The notes under the pieces are model-generated. The model made no database searches. It saw only the letters and a program-made list of their open reading frames with translations, and was not told the origin of the DNA. A stretch of DNA of 64,000 nt from Pirellulales bacterium (GTDB lineage Bacteria > Planctomycetota > Planctomycetia > Pirellulales > PNKZ01). The number at the start of each line of letters is the position of its first letter. The first letter of the stretch is position 1. Shown piece after piece: positions 1-11,289 of the stretch. The stretch is taken from contig DATAXP010000075.1 in assembly GCA_036272935.1 (NCBI GenBank), positions 20,511-84,510 on the forward strand, read 5' to 3'. The translations under genes and the position numbers were made by a program.

Positions 1-564
1 CCAGATATTCGAGCGGGCCGTGCGGCTATGGGCGATGTCGCCGACCAACGCCACGGTCAAGCCAGCCAAGGTGCCGCGATGCTTGCGGATGGTGAGGATG
101 TCGAGCAGCCCCTGCGTGGGATGTTCGTGGGGACCGTCGCCGGCATTCACCACGGCGCAGCGCAAGTTTTGGGCCAGCAGATGAGTCGTCCCCGGGGTGC
201 GGTGCCGCACCACGACCAGGTCGATCCCCATCGCCTCGATGTTCTTGGCCGTGTCGATGAACGTTTCGCCCTTCGACAGGCTGGAGCCGGAAGCCGAGAA
301 ATCGATGGTATCGGCCCCCAGGCGGCGACCGGCCAACGAAAAGCTAGTGCGCGTGCGCGTCGAGTTCTCGAAGAACAGGTTCGCCAGCGTCTTGCCGGCC
401 AAAGTGTTGATCTTTCGCCGGCCCGAATCGGTGGCGTCCCACAGTGCCTCCGCGGTGTCGAGGATCAGCGTGATCTCTTCGGCCGAGAGGTCTTGCAGGC
501 CGAGCAAATGCCGATGCGTCCACGCTTCCAGCGGTGCCTCGAGATCGTGCAAGTCGAGACTCAT
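1..564 (-). CDS. pyrB: aspartate carbamoyltransferase catalytic subunit, N-terminal 188 codons (gene runs off the window start)
   Basis: Own minus-strand translation from the ATG at complement 562-564: [11 protein letters not shown]...[20 protein letters not shown]...[14 protein letters not shown]. It carries the STRTR and HPTQ motifs of ATCase. It is absent from the ORF track because there is no stop inside the window. Confidence 0.9.
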   Translation of the reverse strand, partial: MSLDLHDLEAPLEAWTHRHLLGLQDLSAEEITLILDTAEALWDATDSGRRKINTLAGKTLANLFFENSTRTRTSFSLAGRRLGADTIDFSASGSSLSKGETFIDTAKNIEAMGIDLVVVRHRTPGTTHLLAQNLRCAVVNAGDGPHEHPTQGLLDILTIRKHRGTLAGLTVALVGDIAHSRTARSNIW

Positions 565-746
565 GGGCGCAGCACTACCTGGGGCGACAAAAACGGCAGA
601 ACCCAAGCGACGACATCCGGGCGTGATTCTAACATTCACGCACCGGAGTACAAGCGCGCGACCGAAAGGGTCGCGGGCGCAAAAAGAGGCTCCGCCCGGT
701 TTCGAGCGGAGCCTCCGAGAGAACTCGTCCAAATGATGCGAAGCGG

Positions 747-1094
747 TTACGTGCCCGCGCCGATTGCGGCCCCGATGGCGCCGCCAATGTTCGCGCCGGC
801 ATTCACGCCTGTGCCGTATCCGTAACCGCCGTAACCGCCGTAGCCGCCGTAGCCATTCCATCCGCCATACCCGGGATAGCCGTAGCCGCGGTATCCGGAG
901 CCCCAGCCGCCGTTGTAGCCCCGGTTGCCGCCGTAGGCGCCGTACGGATGATAGCCGTAGTGGTAGCCTGGATTGGCGCCGCCCCATCCGCGAGCACCTA
1001 CGCCGGCACCGCCCCAGTGACCGTGTTGCGCCCACGCCGGCGTCGTCATCAACGCCACTGCCATTGCCGTGCCAAGAAGAATGCGTTTCATCAT
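747..1094 (-). CDS. secreted glycine/tyrosine-rich low-complexity protein with a C-terminal glycine-zipper
   Basis: Signal peptide [22 protein letters not shown], then GYGG/GYG repeats ([14 protein letters not shown]), ending [16 protein letters not shown]. The overlapping alternative-frame ORFs are Arg/Ser or Ala/Thr mirror artefacts. Confidence 0.7.
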   Translation of the reverse strand: MMKRILLGTAMAVALMTTPAWAQHGHWGGAGVGARGWGGANPGYHYGYHPYGAYGGNRGYNGGWGSGYRGYGYPGYGGWNGYGGYGGYGGYGYGTGVNAGANIGGAIGAAIGAGT

Positions 1095-1206
1095 TGTGTT
1101 ACCTCAAACGGACTTGTAAGCAATTCATGCGAAATGATCGCGACGGCAGGCAACCATTTCGCACAATGCGTGCCGGAGTCAGCCAAGAAAAGAATGCCGC
1201 CGGCGG

Positions 1207-3027
1207 TCATTTACCTGGCAGAATCCACACCTTGGACGCGCGTATTTCGCCGGGGTTGTCGCCCGGAGCGCACTCCCCGCAACGGGCCAGCAGCAGATGC
1301 GTTGGACCGTCGCTGGGATGATGCACGAGACTTGCCGTGAGCATCTCGGCAGCCACGGCGTTCTGACCCGCGTCGAACAGTGCGAGCGCCTGCTCGTACT
1401 CGTCGCGCAAGCGATCCCATGATTCGCCTGGTTCGCACAATTCGAACAGCTCGACAGGCTCGGCAATGTTCACGACGCGCACACTTCCCAAGCGTCGCGT
1501 GGCAAACGAGGCGGGCAACTGGGCGCGCGTGGCCGCCGTGATGAGCAGGTCGATCTTCAAATACTTGGTCGCCCCTTCGACCCGGCTGGCCAGATTGACC
1601 GTCGGCCCCAGCGGACCGTATTTGAATTTGCGCGCCGTGCCGACATTGCCGACCCGAGCGGTCCCCGTGTTGATGCCAATGCCCACGTGCATCGGCTCGC
1701 CGAGCACCCCGGCCCAGCGCTCGTTGACCGCGGGGAGGGCTTTGAGCATCGCCAGCGCCGCGGAACAGGCGCGCTGGGCATCGTTGGAGTGCGACACCGG
1801 CGCGCCCCACATCGCGATCAGCTCGTCGCCGATGTAGTCGACCAACACGCCTTCATGCTCGACGACGCAATCGCTCAGCGCGCTCATCGTGTCGGAAATC
1901 CATTCGACCGTGCGGGCGGAGCCGAGCACTTCGCTCAGCCGGCTGAACCCGCGGATGTCGCAGAACAGGATCGTCACCTGGGCGTCGCGCCCTTCGAGCA
2001 GCCCGGGGTCGACGGCCAAGGAACGTGAAAGCTCGGGCGTGAAGAACTGCTCGAAGCGAATCTGGGCGGCCAACAGCGCCTGCTCTTCCTTGAGCCGCGC
2101 GATCCCTGCCGCCACGCCGCACGCCAGTGTTTCGACCAGTTGGGCCTCGAGCGGCGAGATTTCCACCGTGTCGCTGATGTTCGTGCTGCGGCGGTCGCCG
2201 TAGAGCACGCCAAGCACTTCGCCCGAGCGATCGAGAATCGGCGCCGCAACCACCGCTTGCAGGCCGAGCATGCTGGCCGTGATGTCGCGCGAAGGCACCT
2301 GCCACATCGTCCGTCGCTGAAAGAAAACCTCGCCGAGGATTTTGCGGCTGGGACGCCAATCGACTGCCGGTTCAAATCCGCTTCGGGCAAATCGGCCGGC
2401 GTGCTGGGCAGCGGTCGTCCACGAGCCGCCCTGGCGGAGCATCACGGCACCGGCATCGAGGTGCACCAGTTCGACGACGCCTCGCGCCGCGTGCTCAAAG
2501 AAATCGTTCGAGCTGATCGCGCTGCCCAACAGCGCCGTCACTGCCTGGAACCAGGCGAGTAACTCCGACGGTCCATGGGGCGCCTGCGGCAATGGACCCA
2601 GGCTGGTGGCGCGGATCGCCGGGGCGACGGTGGCCGAGGGCAATGCATTGAGTTCCGCGGCGCTGACCGACGAAGGGTCAGCCGCCTCGACGCGAATCAG
2701 GTACTCGCCATGGACGATGCACGCCGGCAGGTGCAGACGCGCCGCCGCTTCGCCTTGCACCAGGCCGCCATCTTCCAGCCGCACCGCCACGCTGCGGTGC
2801 AGGTTGCGCAGCTCGACGCCTTGTGGCGTCGGCACCAGGCGCAGGAACGATCGCGGCATCGAACGATCATCGACCGGCGCGATGGCCAGGCGGTCGCCAT
2901 CGGTGACGTGTTGCAGTTCGAGCAGCGGCTCGCCGTCGCGCTGCCGGCCGATTTCGAGCGGCTGCGTCAGTTCGTGCTGCCGCAGTAGTTGTCGCCCGCG
3001 GTAGATGCTGACATGACTCGCGACCAT
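1207..3027 (-). CDS. class III adenylate/guanylate cyclase with a central GAF-like region, a possible FHA-like N-terminus and a C-terminal helical/TPR-like tail
   Basis: Cyclase motifs VTILFCDIRGFSRLSE, GDELIAMWGAP, GIGINTGTARVGNVG, GPTVNLASRVEG. The upstream roughly 170 aa look GAF-like. The N-terminal roughly 110 aa are only weakly FHA-like. Confidence 0.85.
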   Translation of the reverse strand: MVASHVSIYRGRQLLRQHELTQPLEIGRQRDGEPLLELQHVTDGDRLAIAPVDDRSMPRSFLRLVPTPQGVELRNLHRSVAVRLEDGGLVQGEAAARLHLPACIVHGEYLIRVEAADPSSVSAAELNALPSATVAPAIRATSLGPLPQAPHGPSELLAWFQAVTALLGSAISSNDFFEHAARGVVELVHLDAGAVMLRQGGSWTTAAQHAGRFARSGFEPAVDWRPSRKILGEVFFQRRTMWQVPSRDITASMLGLQAVVAAPILDRSGEVLGVLYGDRRSTNISDTVEISPLEAQLVETLACGVAAGIARLKEEQALLAAQIRFEQFFTPELSRSLAVDPGLLEGRDAQVTILFCDIRGFSRLSEVLGSARTVEWISDTMSALSDCVVEHEGVLVDYIGDELIAMWGAPVSHSNDAQRACSAALAMLKALPAVNERWAGVLGEPMHVGIGINTGTARVGNVGTARKFKYGPLGPTVNLASRVEGATKYLKIDLLITAATRAQLPASFATRRLGSVRVVNIAEPVELFELCEPGESWDRLRDEYEQALALFDAGQNAVAAEMLTASLVHHPSDGPTHLLLARCGECAPGDNPGEIRASKVWILPGK

Positions 3028-3104
3028 GGCGTGCCGCCCTGGATTGACGATCGTTGCCTGGCGGTCATTGGATCACAAAGGCACGAAGGACACGAAGGCG
3101 AAGA

Positions 3105-3893
3105 TTACAACTGGCTGCCGTCGAGAATGAAATCGTTGCGCGTCGGTGTCTCGGCATGCGCCGGATTCGAGTCGAAGCGAATCTCGGGCAGTTCGTGCAC
3201 CGCCTTTTGCAAGGCCGACTCCCAGCGCATGTGGACGTCGATCAAGTCGGCGTCTTTGCTGGTGAGCTGCCGGCGGCGCGTGATCTGGAACTCGTCGGCA
3301 TAGTATTGCAGCATGTCGATGGGCGGGCCGACCGTGACGTTCGAGCGCATGGTCGAATCGATCGAGATCAGCGCGTACTTTGCCGCCTCGTTGAGCGTGG
3401 TGCGATCGTAGCGGATGCCACGATCGAGGATCGGTCGGCCGTATTTACATTCGCCGATCTGCAAGTACGGCGATTCTTCGGTGGCCGACAGTGGGTTCCC
3501 CTGCGGGTAGATCAGGTACAGATTCGGAGGCTCGCCGCGAATCTGTCCGCCGAGCAACAGGTGAATGTTGAATTTGAAGTCGTCGCGCTCCAGGTAAGAC
3601 CGGTCGATCTCGGCGACGCGATGGACCTGCTCGCCGATGACGCGCGTGGCGTCGTACATCGACTGCGCAGCCGCAAGACCTTCGCCGCGCTCAAAGTCGC
3701 GGCGTAACAGCGTCATCACCGACTGCGAAATCGACAAGCTGCCGCTGGTGAGCACGATCAGCGCTCGCTCGCCGGGCTGCACAAACGTGTAGGTCTTGCG
3801 ACAGACATTGACCTGGTCGAACCCGGCGTTGGTACGCGAGTCGGACGCCATCACCAGGCCTTCATACGTCATGATCCCCAGACAATAGGTCAT
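3105..3893 (-). CDS. Anbu-type proteasome beta-subunit homologue (Ntn hydrolase)
   Basis: Starts MTYCLGIMTYEGLVMASDSRTNAG...CRKTYTF. The Thr sits directly after Met with no propeptide, and Asp and Lys fall near the proteasome triad positions. Length is 262 aa. It neighbours ATP-grasp, alpha-E and transglutaminase genes. Confidence 0.85.
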   Translation of the reverse strand: MTYCLGIMTYEGLVMASDSRTNAGFDQVNVCRKTYTFVQPGERALIVLTSGSLSISQSVMTLLRRDFERGEGLAAAQSMYDATRVIGEQVHRVAEIDRSYLERDDFKFNIHLLLGGQIRGEPPNLYLIYPQGNPLSATEESPYLQIGECKYGRPILDRGIRYDRTTLNEAAKYALISIDSTMRSNVTVGPPIDMLQYYADEFQITRRRQLTSKDADLIDVHMRWESALQKAVHELPEIRFDSNPAHAETPTRNDFILDGSQL

Positions 3894-3998
3894 TCGTGCA
3901 AAACCTTCCCCAGCAGGTGCTAATTAGAATGTGCCGCTCGATTGCCGCCGCCACAATTCATCGTAGCAGGCGGGCAAGGCAATCACCAAATGCCAGGC

Positions 3999-4062
3999 AA
4001 GCCCAGGCCAGACCGTGATTGATGCCGAGGATGGCAGGCCATTGCCGGTCTGGCCTGGGCTT
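3999..4062. repeat. perfect 17-bp inverted repeat (AAGCCCAGGCCAGACCG / CGGTCTGGCCTGGGCTT) with a 30-nt loop, in the Anbu / transglutaminase divergent spacer
   Basis: Arms at 3999-4015 and 4046-4062 are exact reverse complements. A second 8-9 bp inverted repeat (GTGCCCAA/TTGGGCAC) lies at about 4071-4112. Confidence 0.8.
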
Positions 4063-4183
4063 TGAGGGCGTGTGCCCAACCGGCGCGCTCGATTCGCGTG
4101 TCGATTGGGCACGTGACGTGCTGCGGCGAGCATAACTCTCGCAATTTCGTCAGGCATAAATTTTGCTCATTATAGGACTTCCC

Positions 4184-5002
4184 ATGCTTATCAAGACTGG
4201 CTTCGAACTGATTTTCAACACGCCCGCGCCGACCGTGATGCTCGCAATGCTGTTCGTGCATCCCGATCGCACGCATACCCTGGCCGAGCCCGAGCGGCTG
4301 ACCACCGAACCCGAACTCCCCCGCGATGAGTTCATCGACAGCTTCGGCAATCGCGTGGCCCGGCTGGTAACCGTGGCGGGGCGGAACCGCCTGTTCAGCG
4401 AAAGCGTGGTCGAAGATCACGGCCAGCCCGATGTGATTGTCCCCAACGCACCGCAGTTGCCGATCGAACAACTGCCGGTCGACGTGCTGCCGTTCTTGTT
4501 GAGCAGCCGCTACTGCGAGGTCGACAAAATGTCGGACATCGCCTGGCAGCTCTTCGGCAACACGCCTGGCGGCTGGCCGCGCGTGAAGGCCATTTGCGAT
4601 TGGGCGCATGGGCACGTCGAATTCGGTTACAAGTATGCGCGCGTGACCAAAAGCGCCCACGACGTGTACGAAGAGCGCAAAGGCGTGTGCCGCGACTTCA
4701 CCCACCTGGCAATCACGCTTTGCCGGTGCATGAACATTCCCGCACGCTACGCAACCGGCTATCTTGGCGATATTGGCGTCCCCGTGGCGCCCGATCCCAT
4801 GGACTTCAGCGCCTGGTTCGAGGTGTATCTGGGGGACCGTTGGTACACGTTCGACGCGCGGCATAACAAGCCGCGCATCGGCAGGATTGTGATGGCACGA
4901 GGCCGCGACGCCGTCGATACGGCACTGACCACGTCGTTTGGACCGGCACAGTTGCTGTCGTTCAAGGTGTGGACCGACGAACTGGTCGGGACCACCGCCT
5001 GA
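4184..5002 (+). CDS. transglutaminase-like family protein (short paralogue)
   Basis: GVCRDFTHLAITLCRCMNIPARYATGYL core. I prefer the ATG at 4184, which has AGGA 6 nt upstream, over the TTG at 4163. The canonical HAW His position reads SAW (see findings). Confidence 0.8.
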   Translation: MLIKTGFELIFNTPAPTVMLAMLFVHPDRTHTLAEPERLTTEPELPRDEFIDSFGNRVARLVTVAGRNRLFSESVVEDHGQPDVIVPNAPQLPIEQLPVDVLPFLLSSRYCEVDKMSDIAWQLFGNTPGGWPRVKAICDWAHGHVEFGYKYARVTKSAHDVYEERKGVCRDFTHLAITLCRCMNIPARYATGYLGDIGVPVAPDPMDFSAWFEVYLGDRWYTFDARHNKPRIGRIVMARGRDAVDTALTTSFGPAQLLSFKVWTDELVGTTA

Positions 5003-5076
5003 ACCACGGCAAAAGGAGAGACCGCTGCGACCATCTATTGCTCCCGTTCATGTGCGAACCAGGTAGGGTTTGACCG

Positions 5077-6600
5077 ATGGCAACGCAGAATGCGGCCATG
5101 AGCGACGATCGAACTGCTGCGCATCCGTTCGAAGGCTACGAACTGGGGCTGGCATTCGATGAAATGTTCGAATCGACCGGCAGCCCGCGCCGGCACTATC
5201 GGCCGCTGTACCAACGGCTGCTCGGGCTAAGCGCCGACGAAATCCGCCGCCGCAAGGCGATGTCGGACCTGTCGATGTTGCAGCACGGCGTGGGCTTCAC
5301 GGTGTATCGGCAAGAGGAAGGGATCGAGCGCGTGTGGCCGATGGACCCCGTGCCGCGGATCCTGCCGGCCGAGGAATGGGCTTGGATCGAACAAGGGCTG
5401 ATTCAGCGGATCACGGCGCTCAACCTGTTTCTGCACGACATCTATCACCAGCAGTTTATCCTGCGCGATCGGGTGCTCGACGCCGGCCTGATTTACGACG
5501 GCACGTTCTTCCGCCGCGAGTTCATGGGGGCCACCGTCCCGCGCGACATCTACATCCACGTCTGCGGGAGCGACCTGATCCGCGACCGTGACGGCAGCTA
5601 CCTGGTACTCGAAGACAACTGTCGCACCCCATCGGGCGTCAGCTACATGCTGCAAAACCGGCAAGTGCTGAAGCGCGTCTTCCCGCAAATCTTCGATCAC
5701 TACAACGTCCGCGCGACCGACGATTATCCAGCGGCCCTGTTGGACGTGCTGCGCTACTTGGCCCCCGGCGGCCGCCACGATCCGACGATCGTGCTGCTCA
5801 GCCCCGGCATCTACAACTCGGCGTACTTCGAGCACACATTCCTGGCGCAGCGCATGGGGATTGAGTTGGTCGAAGGGCGCGACCTGGTGGTCGACCAGAA
5901 CCGGGTGTACATGCGCACCACCCGGGGACTGGCGCGCGTCGATGTCATTTATCGCCGCGTCGACGACGACTTCCTCGATCCGCTGACGTTCCGGGCCGAT
6001 ACTTGCCTGGGCGTGCCGGGGCTCGTGAATGCGTATCGCGCCGGCAACGTCGCCTTGGCCAACAGTATCGGGACTGGGATCGCCGATGATAAAGGCATTT
6101 ACCCGTTCGTTCCCGAGATGATCCGCTACTACCTGAAGCAGGAGCCGATCCTGCCAAATGTCGAGACGTTCCGTCCGCAGATTGCGAGCCACCGCAGCCA
6201 CGTACTGGAAAACCTCGATCGGCTGGTGGTGAAGACGGTGAACGAATCGGGAGGTTCGGGGATGCTGATCGGTCCGGCCTCGACCGCCGCCCAGCGGGAA
6301 GAATTCGCGGCGCTGATCAAGGCCCGGCCGCGCGATTTTATCGCTCAGCCGACCGTGCAGCTTTCGGTCCATCCGACATTCGTTGACGGCCGGCTCGAAG
6401 GACGGCATGTCGACCTGCGGCCATTCGTGCTCTATGGCGAGCGCGTCACCGTCATCCCTGGCGCCTTGACGCGCGTGGCGCTGCGCCGCGGCAGCCTCGT
6501 CGTGAACAGCTCGCAAGGAGGCGGCAGCAAAGATACCTGGGTGCTGGCCGACGAGCGGGCGGCCGACAGTGTTCCCGTCGTCACAATTCCCTCAACGTAA
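5077..6600 (+). CDS. circularly permuted ATP-grasp type 2 protein (COG2308-like amidoligase)
   Basis: 507 aa, with the family-typical length and N-terminus (YDEMF-like [20 protein letters not shown]) and [17 protein letters not shown]. It is followed 18 nt later by an alpha-E gene, the conserved partner. Confidence 0.8.
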   Translation: MATQNAAMSDDRTAAHPFEGYELGLAFDEMFESTGSPRRHYRPLYQRLLGLSADEIRRRKAMSDLSMLQHGVGFTVYRQEEGIERVWPMDPVPRILPAEEWAWIEQGLIQRITALNLFLHDIYHQQFILRDRVLDAGLIYDGTFFRREFMGATVPRDIYIHVCGSDLIRDRDGSYLVLEDNCRTPSGVSYMLQNRQVLKRVFPQIFDHYNVRATDDYPAALLDVLRYLAPGGRHDPTIVLLSPGIYNSAYFEHTFLAQRMGIELVEGRDLVVDQNRVYMRTTRGLARVDVIYRRVDDDFLDPLTFRADTCLGVPGLVNAYRAGNVALANSIGTGIADDKGIYPFVPEMIRYYLKQEPILPNVETFRPQIASHRSHVLENLDRLVVKTVNESGGSGMLIGPASTAAQREEFAALIKARPRDFIAQPTVQLSVHPTFVDGRLEGRHVDLRPFVLYGERVTVIPGALTRVALRRGSLVVNSSQGGGSKDTWVLADERAADSVPVVTIPST

Positions 6601-6618
6601 ACATCGCACTACGGTTCC

Positions 6619-7602
6619 ATGCTAAGCCGCGTTGCCGACGCGTTGTTCTGGATGAGCCGGTATCTCGAACGGGCCGAGCACGTGGCCCGTTTGCTCGATG
6701 TCTGCTTTCATCTCGATCTCGATTTGCACGGCCTGTTGTCGGGCCGTCCCGACCTGCACTGGAACGCCCTGATGGCGATCATCCAGCCGAACCGCGTCCC
6801 CGACGAATCGTCGAACGGGCAAGAGCCGCTCGATCCCGACGCGATCAGCGAAAGCTTGATGTTCGACCTGTCGAACCACGGCAGCGTGATGTCGTGCGTC
6901 AACCGCGCGCGCTCCAATGCTCGCAGCGTTCGCGGCACGATCAACGGCGAGATGTGGAAGGAATTGAACAAGCTGTACTGGCAGCTTACGGACGAGCAGT
7001 TTTGCGCTCAGGCCCGCGAGAGCCCGTACGATTTTTGCCAGGCGGTCGAGTGCGGCAGCCACCTGGTGCAAGGCGTCTGCGACGCCACGCTCACGCACGA
7101 CGAAGGCTGGCAGTTCATCCAGCTGGGCAAGTTTCTCGAACGGGCCGACAAGACCTTACGCACGCTCGACGTGCAGCATGGCCTGCTGACCAGCATGGCC
7201 GATCCGCTGGACCTGTCGCTGACCAACCTGCTGTGGGGCGCAGTGCTGCGCAGTTGCCGAGCCTACGAAGCGTACCAGACGCGCTACGTGGGGCGCGTCG
7301 AACCGGAACACGTGATCGAGTTGCTATTGCTGCATCGCAACTTTCCGCGCTCGGTGCTGTTCAGCCTGGAGAGCGCCGCGGCGGCGCTCGAGCAGATCGA
7401 GCTGAGCATGCCAGGCCGCGACACCAGCCCCGCCGATCGGCTGCTGGGGCGCGTGCTCAGCGATCTGAAGTTCATGGAAGTCGACGACTTGATGAACCGC
7501 GACCTGCACGGCTTCCTGGGCGAAGCGCTCGAAGGCTGCGCGCGTGTCTCCCGAGCCATCCAAGAACAATATTCATTCCATTACTGGGCCGCGGCGCGCT
7601 AG
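6619..7602 (+). CDS. alpha-E domain protein (COG2307-like)
   Basis: N-terminus MLSRVADALFWMSRYLERAEHVARLLDV is the hallmark opening of alpha-E proteins. 327 aa. Confidence 0.85.
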   Translation: MLSRVADALFWMSRYLERAEHVARLLDVCFHLDLDLHGLLSGRPDLHWNALMAIIQPNRVPDESSNGQEPLDPDAISESLMFDLSNHGSVMSCVNRARSNARSVRGTINGEMWKELNKLYWQLTDEQFCAQARESPYDFCQAVECGSHLVQGVCDATLTHDEGWQFIQLGKFLERADKTLRTLDVQHGLLTSMADPLDLSLTNLLWGAVLRSCRAYEAYQTRYVGRVEPEHVIELLLLHRNFPRSVLFSLESAAAALEQIELSMPGRDTSPADRLLGRVLSDLKFMEVDDLMNRDLHGFLGEALEGCARVSRAIQEQYSFHYWAAAR

Positions 7603-7663
7603 AACCACAACCGCGAGTTCGCCACCGCACCTGCTAACAACAAGCCATGCGAGGGAACAAAGC

Positions 7664-8623
7664 ATGATCGTCGAAGTGCAACACGAAACCTGCCTCGATT
7701 ACTCCGACGCGGTCACTGAATCGTTGGCCGAGTTCCGCATGGAACCCAGCAGCGACGATTATCAAAGCCTGCGCTCGTTCAAGCTCACCGTCAGCCCGAC
7801 GACCGAAGTGTTCCACTATCAGGACGGCTTCGGCAACCGCGTGCACCACTTCAACGTCCTCTCGGCCTGCAAGCAGCTGCGTGTCGTGGCGGCCAGCGTC
7901 GTCGAAACGCACCCGCCCGACGCCCGCCTAGCCGCCAGCCAGGCGAAGTTTCCGCTCGATCTTTCATCGCTGGAAATCTCCGGGTACAGCTACCTGAGCT
8001 TGCGCGGCCCGGTGCGCCCCACGCCGCTGCTCGACTCGCTGCTGGAACGACTGCGGCCGCACGAGGGTTGCCGCGCCGGCGAGTATGTGATCGGCATCGC
8101 CGACTACATCGTCTCGAATTTCGAGTACGCGCGCGACGTGACCTTGGCCTCGTCGCCGATCGACGACCTGCTTTCGCAAGGCAAAGGAGTCTGTCAGGAC
8201 TTCACGCACCTCATGCTCGCCATCCTGCGCAGCTACGGCATTCCGGCGCGCTACGCGAGTGGCTACATCCATCGGCCGAACCAGGAATCGCAGAGCCATG
8301 CCTGGTGCGAGGTGTGGCTACCCGATGTCGGCTGGTGCGGCATCGACCCGACGAACCGCACCGAAATCAACGACCACTTCATCAAGGTGGCCGTCGGCCG
8401 CGACTTCAACGATGTGTCGCCGAACAAGGGTGTGTATCACGGCCGAGCCGAAGAGGGCATTCTGGTGCGCGTCGAGACCCGCGCGCTCGAACGGCTGCCG
8501 ACGATCTCGTGGCAGGAAAAGTTGCCGCCGTTCCACGTGCCGCTGACGCCGATCGTCCGTCATCGTCAGAACCCCTACGCGATGTTCGACGACCACTCGC
8601 AGCAACAGCAGCAACAACAATAA
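7664..8623 (+). CDS. transglutaminase family protein (Bact_transglu_N plus transglutaminase core) with a C-terminal poly-Gln tail
   Basis: MIVEVQHETCLDYSDAVTESLAEFRMEP (N-terminal domain), then GVCQDFTHL...SHAWCEVW...GIDPTN (Cys-His-Asp). The ATG at 7664 has GAGGGAA upstream; the track start at 7544 would overlap the alpha-E gene. The gene ends with seven CAR Gln codons (8600-8620) and a double TAA. Confidence 0.85.
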   Translation: MIVEVQHETCLDYSDAVTESLAEFRMEPSSDDYQSLRSFKLTVSPTTEVFHYQDGFGNRVHHFNVLSACKQLRVVAASVVETHPPDARLAASQAKFPLDLSSLEISGYSYLSLRGPVRPTPLLDSLLERLRPHEGCRAGEYVIGIADYIVSNFEYARDVTLASSPIDDLLSQGKGVCQDFTHLMLAILRSYGIPARYASGYIHRPNQESQSHAWCEVWLPDVGWCGIDPTNRTEINDHFIKVAVGRDFNDVSPNKGVYHGRAEEGILVRVETRALERLPTISWQEKLPPFHVPLTPIVRHRQNPYAMFDDHSQQQQQQQ

Positions 8624-8637
8624 TAATTTCGTAGCTT

Positions 8638-8663
8638 AACCCGCGTCGTCCCCGACGCGGGTT
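8638..8663. terminator. perfect 11-bp GC-rich stem-loop (AACCCGCGTCG-TCCC-CGACGCGGGTT) in a convergent gene gap
   Basis: Exact reverse-complement arms, 15 nt after the transglutaminase stop. GTAG lies 3 nt upstream (8631-8634). There is no U-tract on the plus strand; the minus-strand side is A/T-rich. Confidence 0.6.
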
Positions 8664-8678
8664 GTCCGGGTGGGTGAA

Positions 8679-8713
8679 CACGGCCGCGTGGACGCAGCCG
8701 CTAAGCGAAGCAG
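8679..8713. repeat. short repeat family member: GC hairpin CGGCCGCG-TGGA-CGCAGCCG followed by CTAAGCGAAGCAG
   Basis: About 33 of 36 nt are shared with 20271-20306, and the architecture matches 19929-19966. It ends 2 nt before the stop of the minus-strand kinase gene. Confidence 0.75.
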
Positions 8714-8714
8714 T

Positions 8715-11168
<2,454 letters not shown>

Positions 11169-11289
11169 CTCTCCTGCACGTCCAACTCATGGCACACTCC
11201 CCACCTCGATCGATGATTTTCGCCGTAACCTGGCCGGCGACCTAATGAGAATTGTGTGAGTGCGCCGTTCGTTTCGCTACGGGAAGCAC

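Noticed and set aside
764-1321. Alternative-frame ORFs (764-1321 plus, 803-997 minus, 948-1340 plus) over the Gly/Tyr-rich gene.
   Set aside because: They are translations of the same GGN/TAY repeat in other frames (Arg/Ser- or Ala/Thr-rich). They lack signal peptides and sensible starts.
5227-6516. 429-aa minus-strand ORF antisense to the ATP-grasp gene. Similar long mirror ORFs occur at 22047-23582, 42309-43598, 44886-46421, 15938-16990, 17984-19081, 12967-13968, 32740-33900 and 59987-61018.
   Set aside because: They fully overlap genes that have clear family motifs on the other strand. Their translations are Arg/Ala/Gly/Pro-rich low-complexity strings with no motifs. Long stop-free antisense frames are expected in high-GC DNA. 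44886-46421 even runs through an intergenic REP spacer.
7544-7663. Upstream extension of the second transglutaminase gene (track start 7544).
   Set aside because: It would overlap the last 59 nt of the alpha-E gene and add a non-conserved Ser/Thr/Pro-rich peptide. The ATG at 7664, preceded by GAGGGAA, starts exactly at the conserved Bact_transglu_N beginning.
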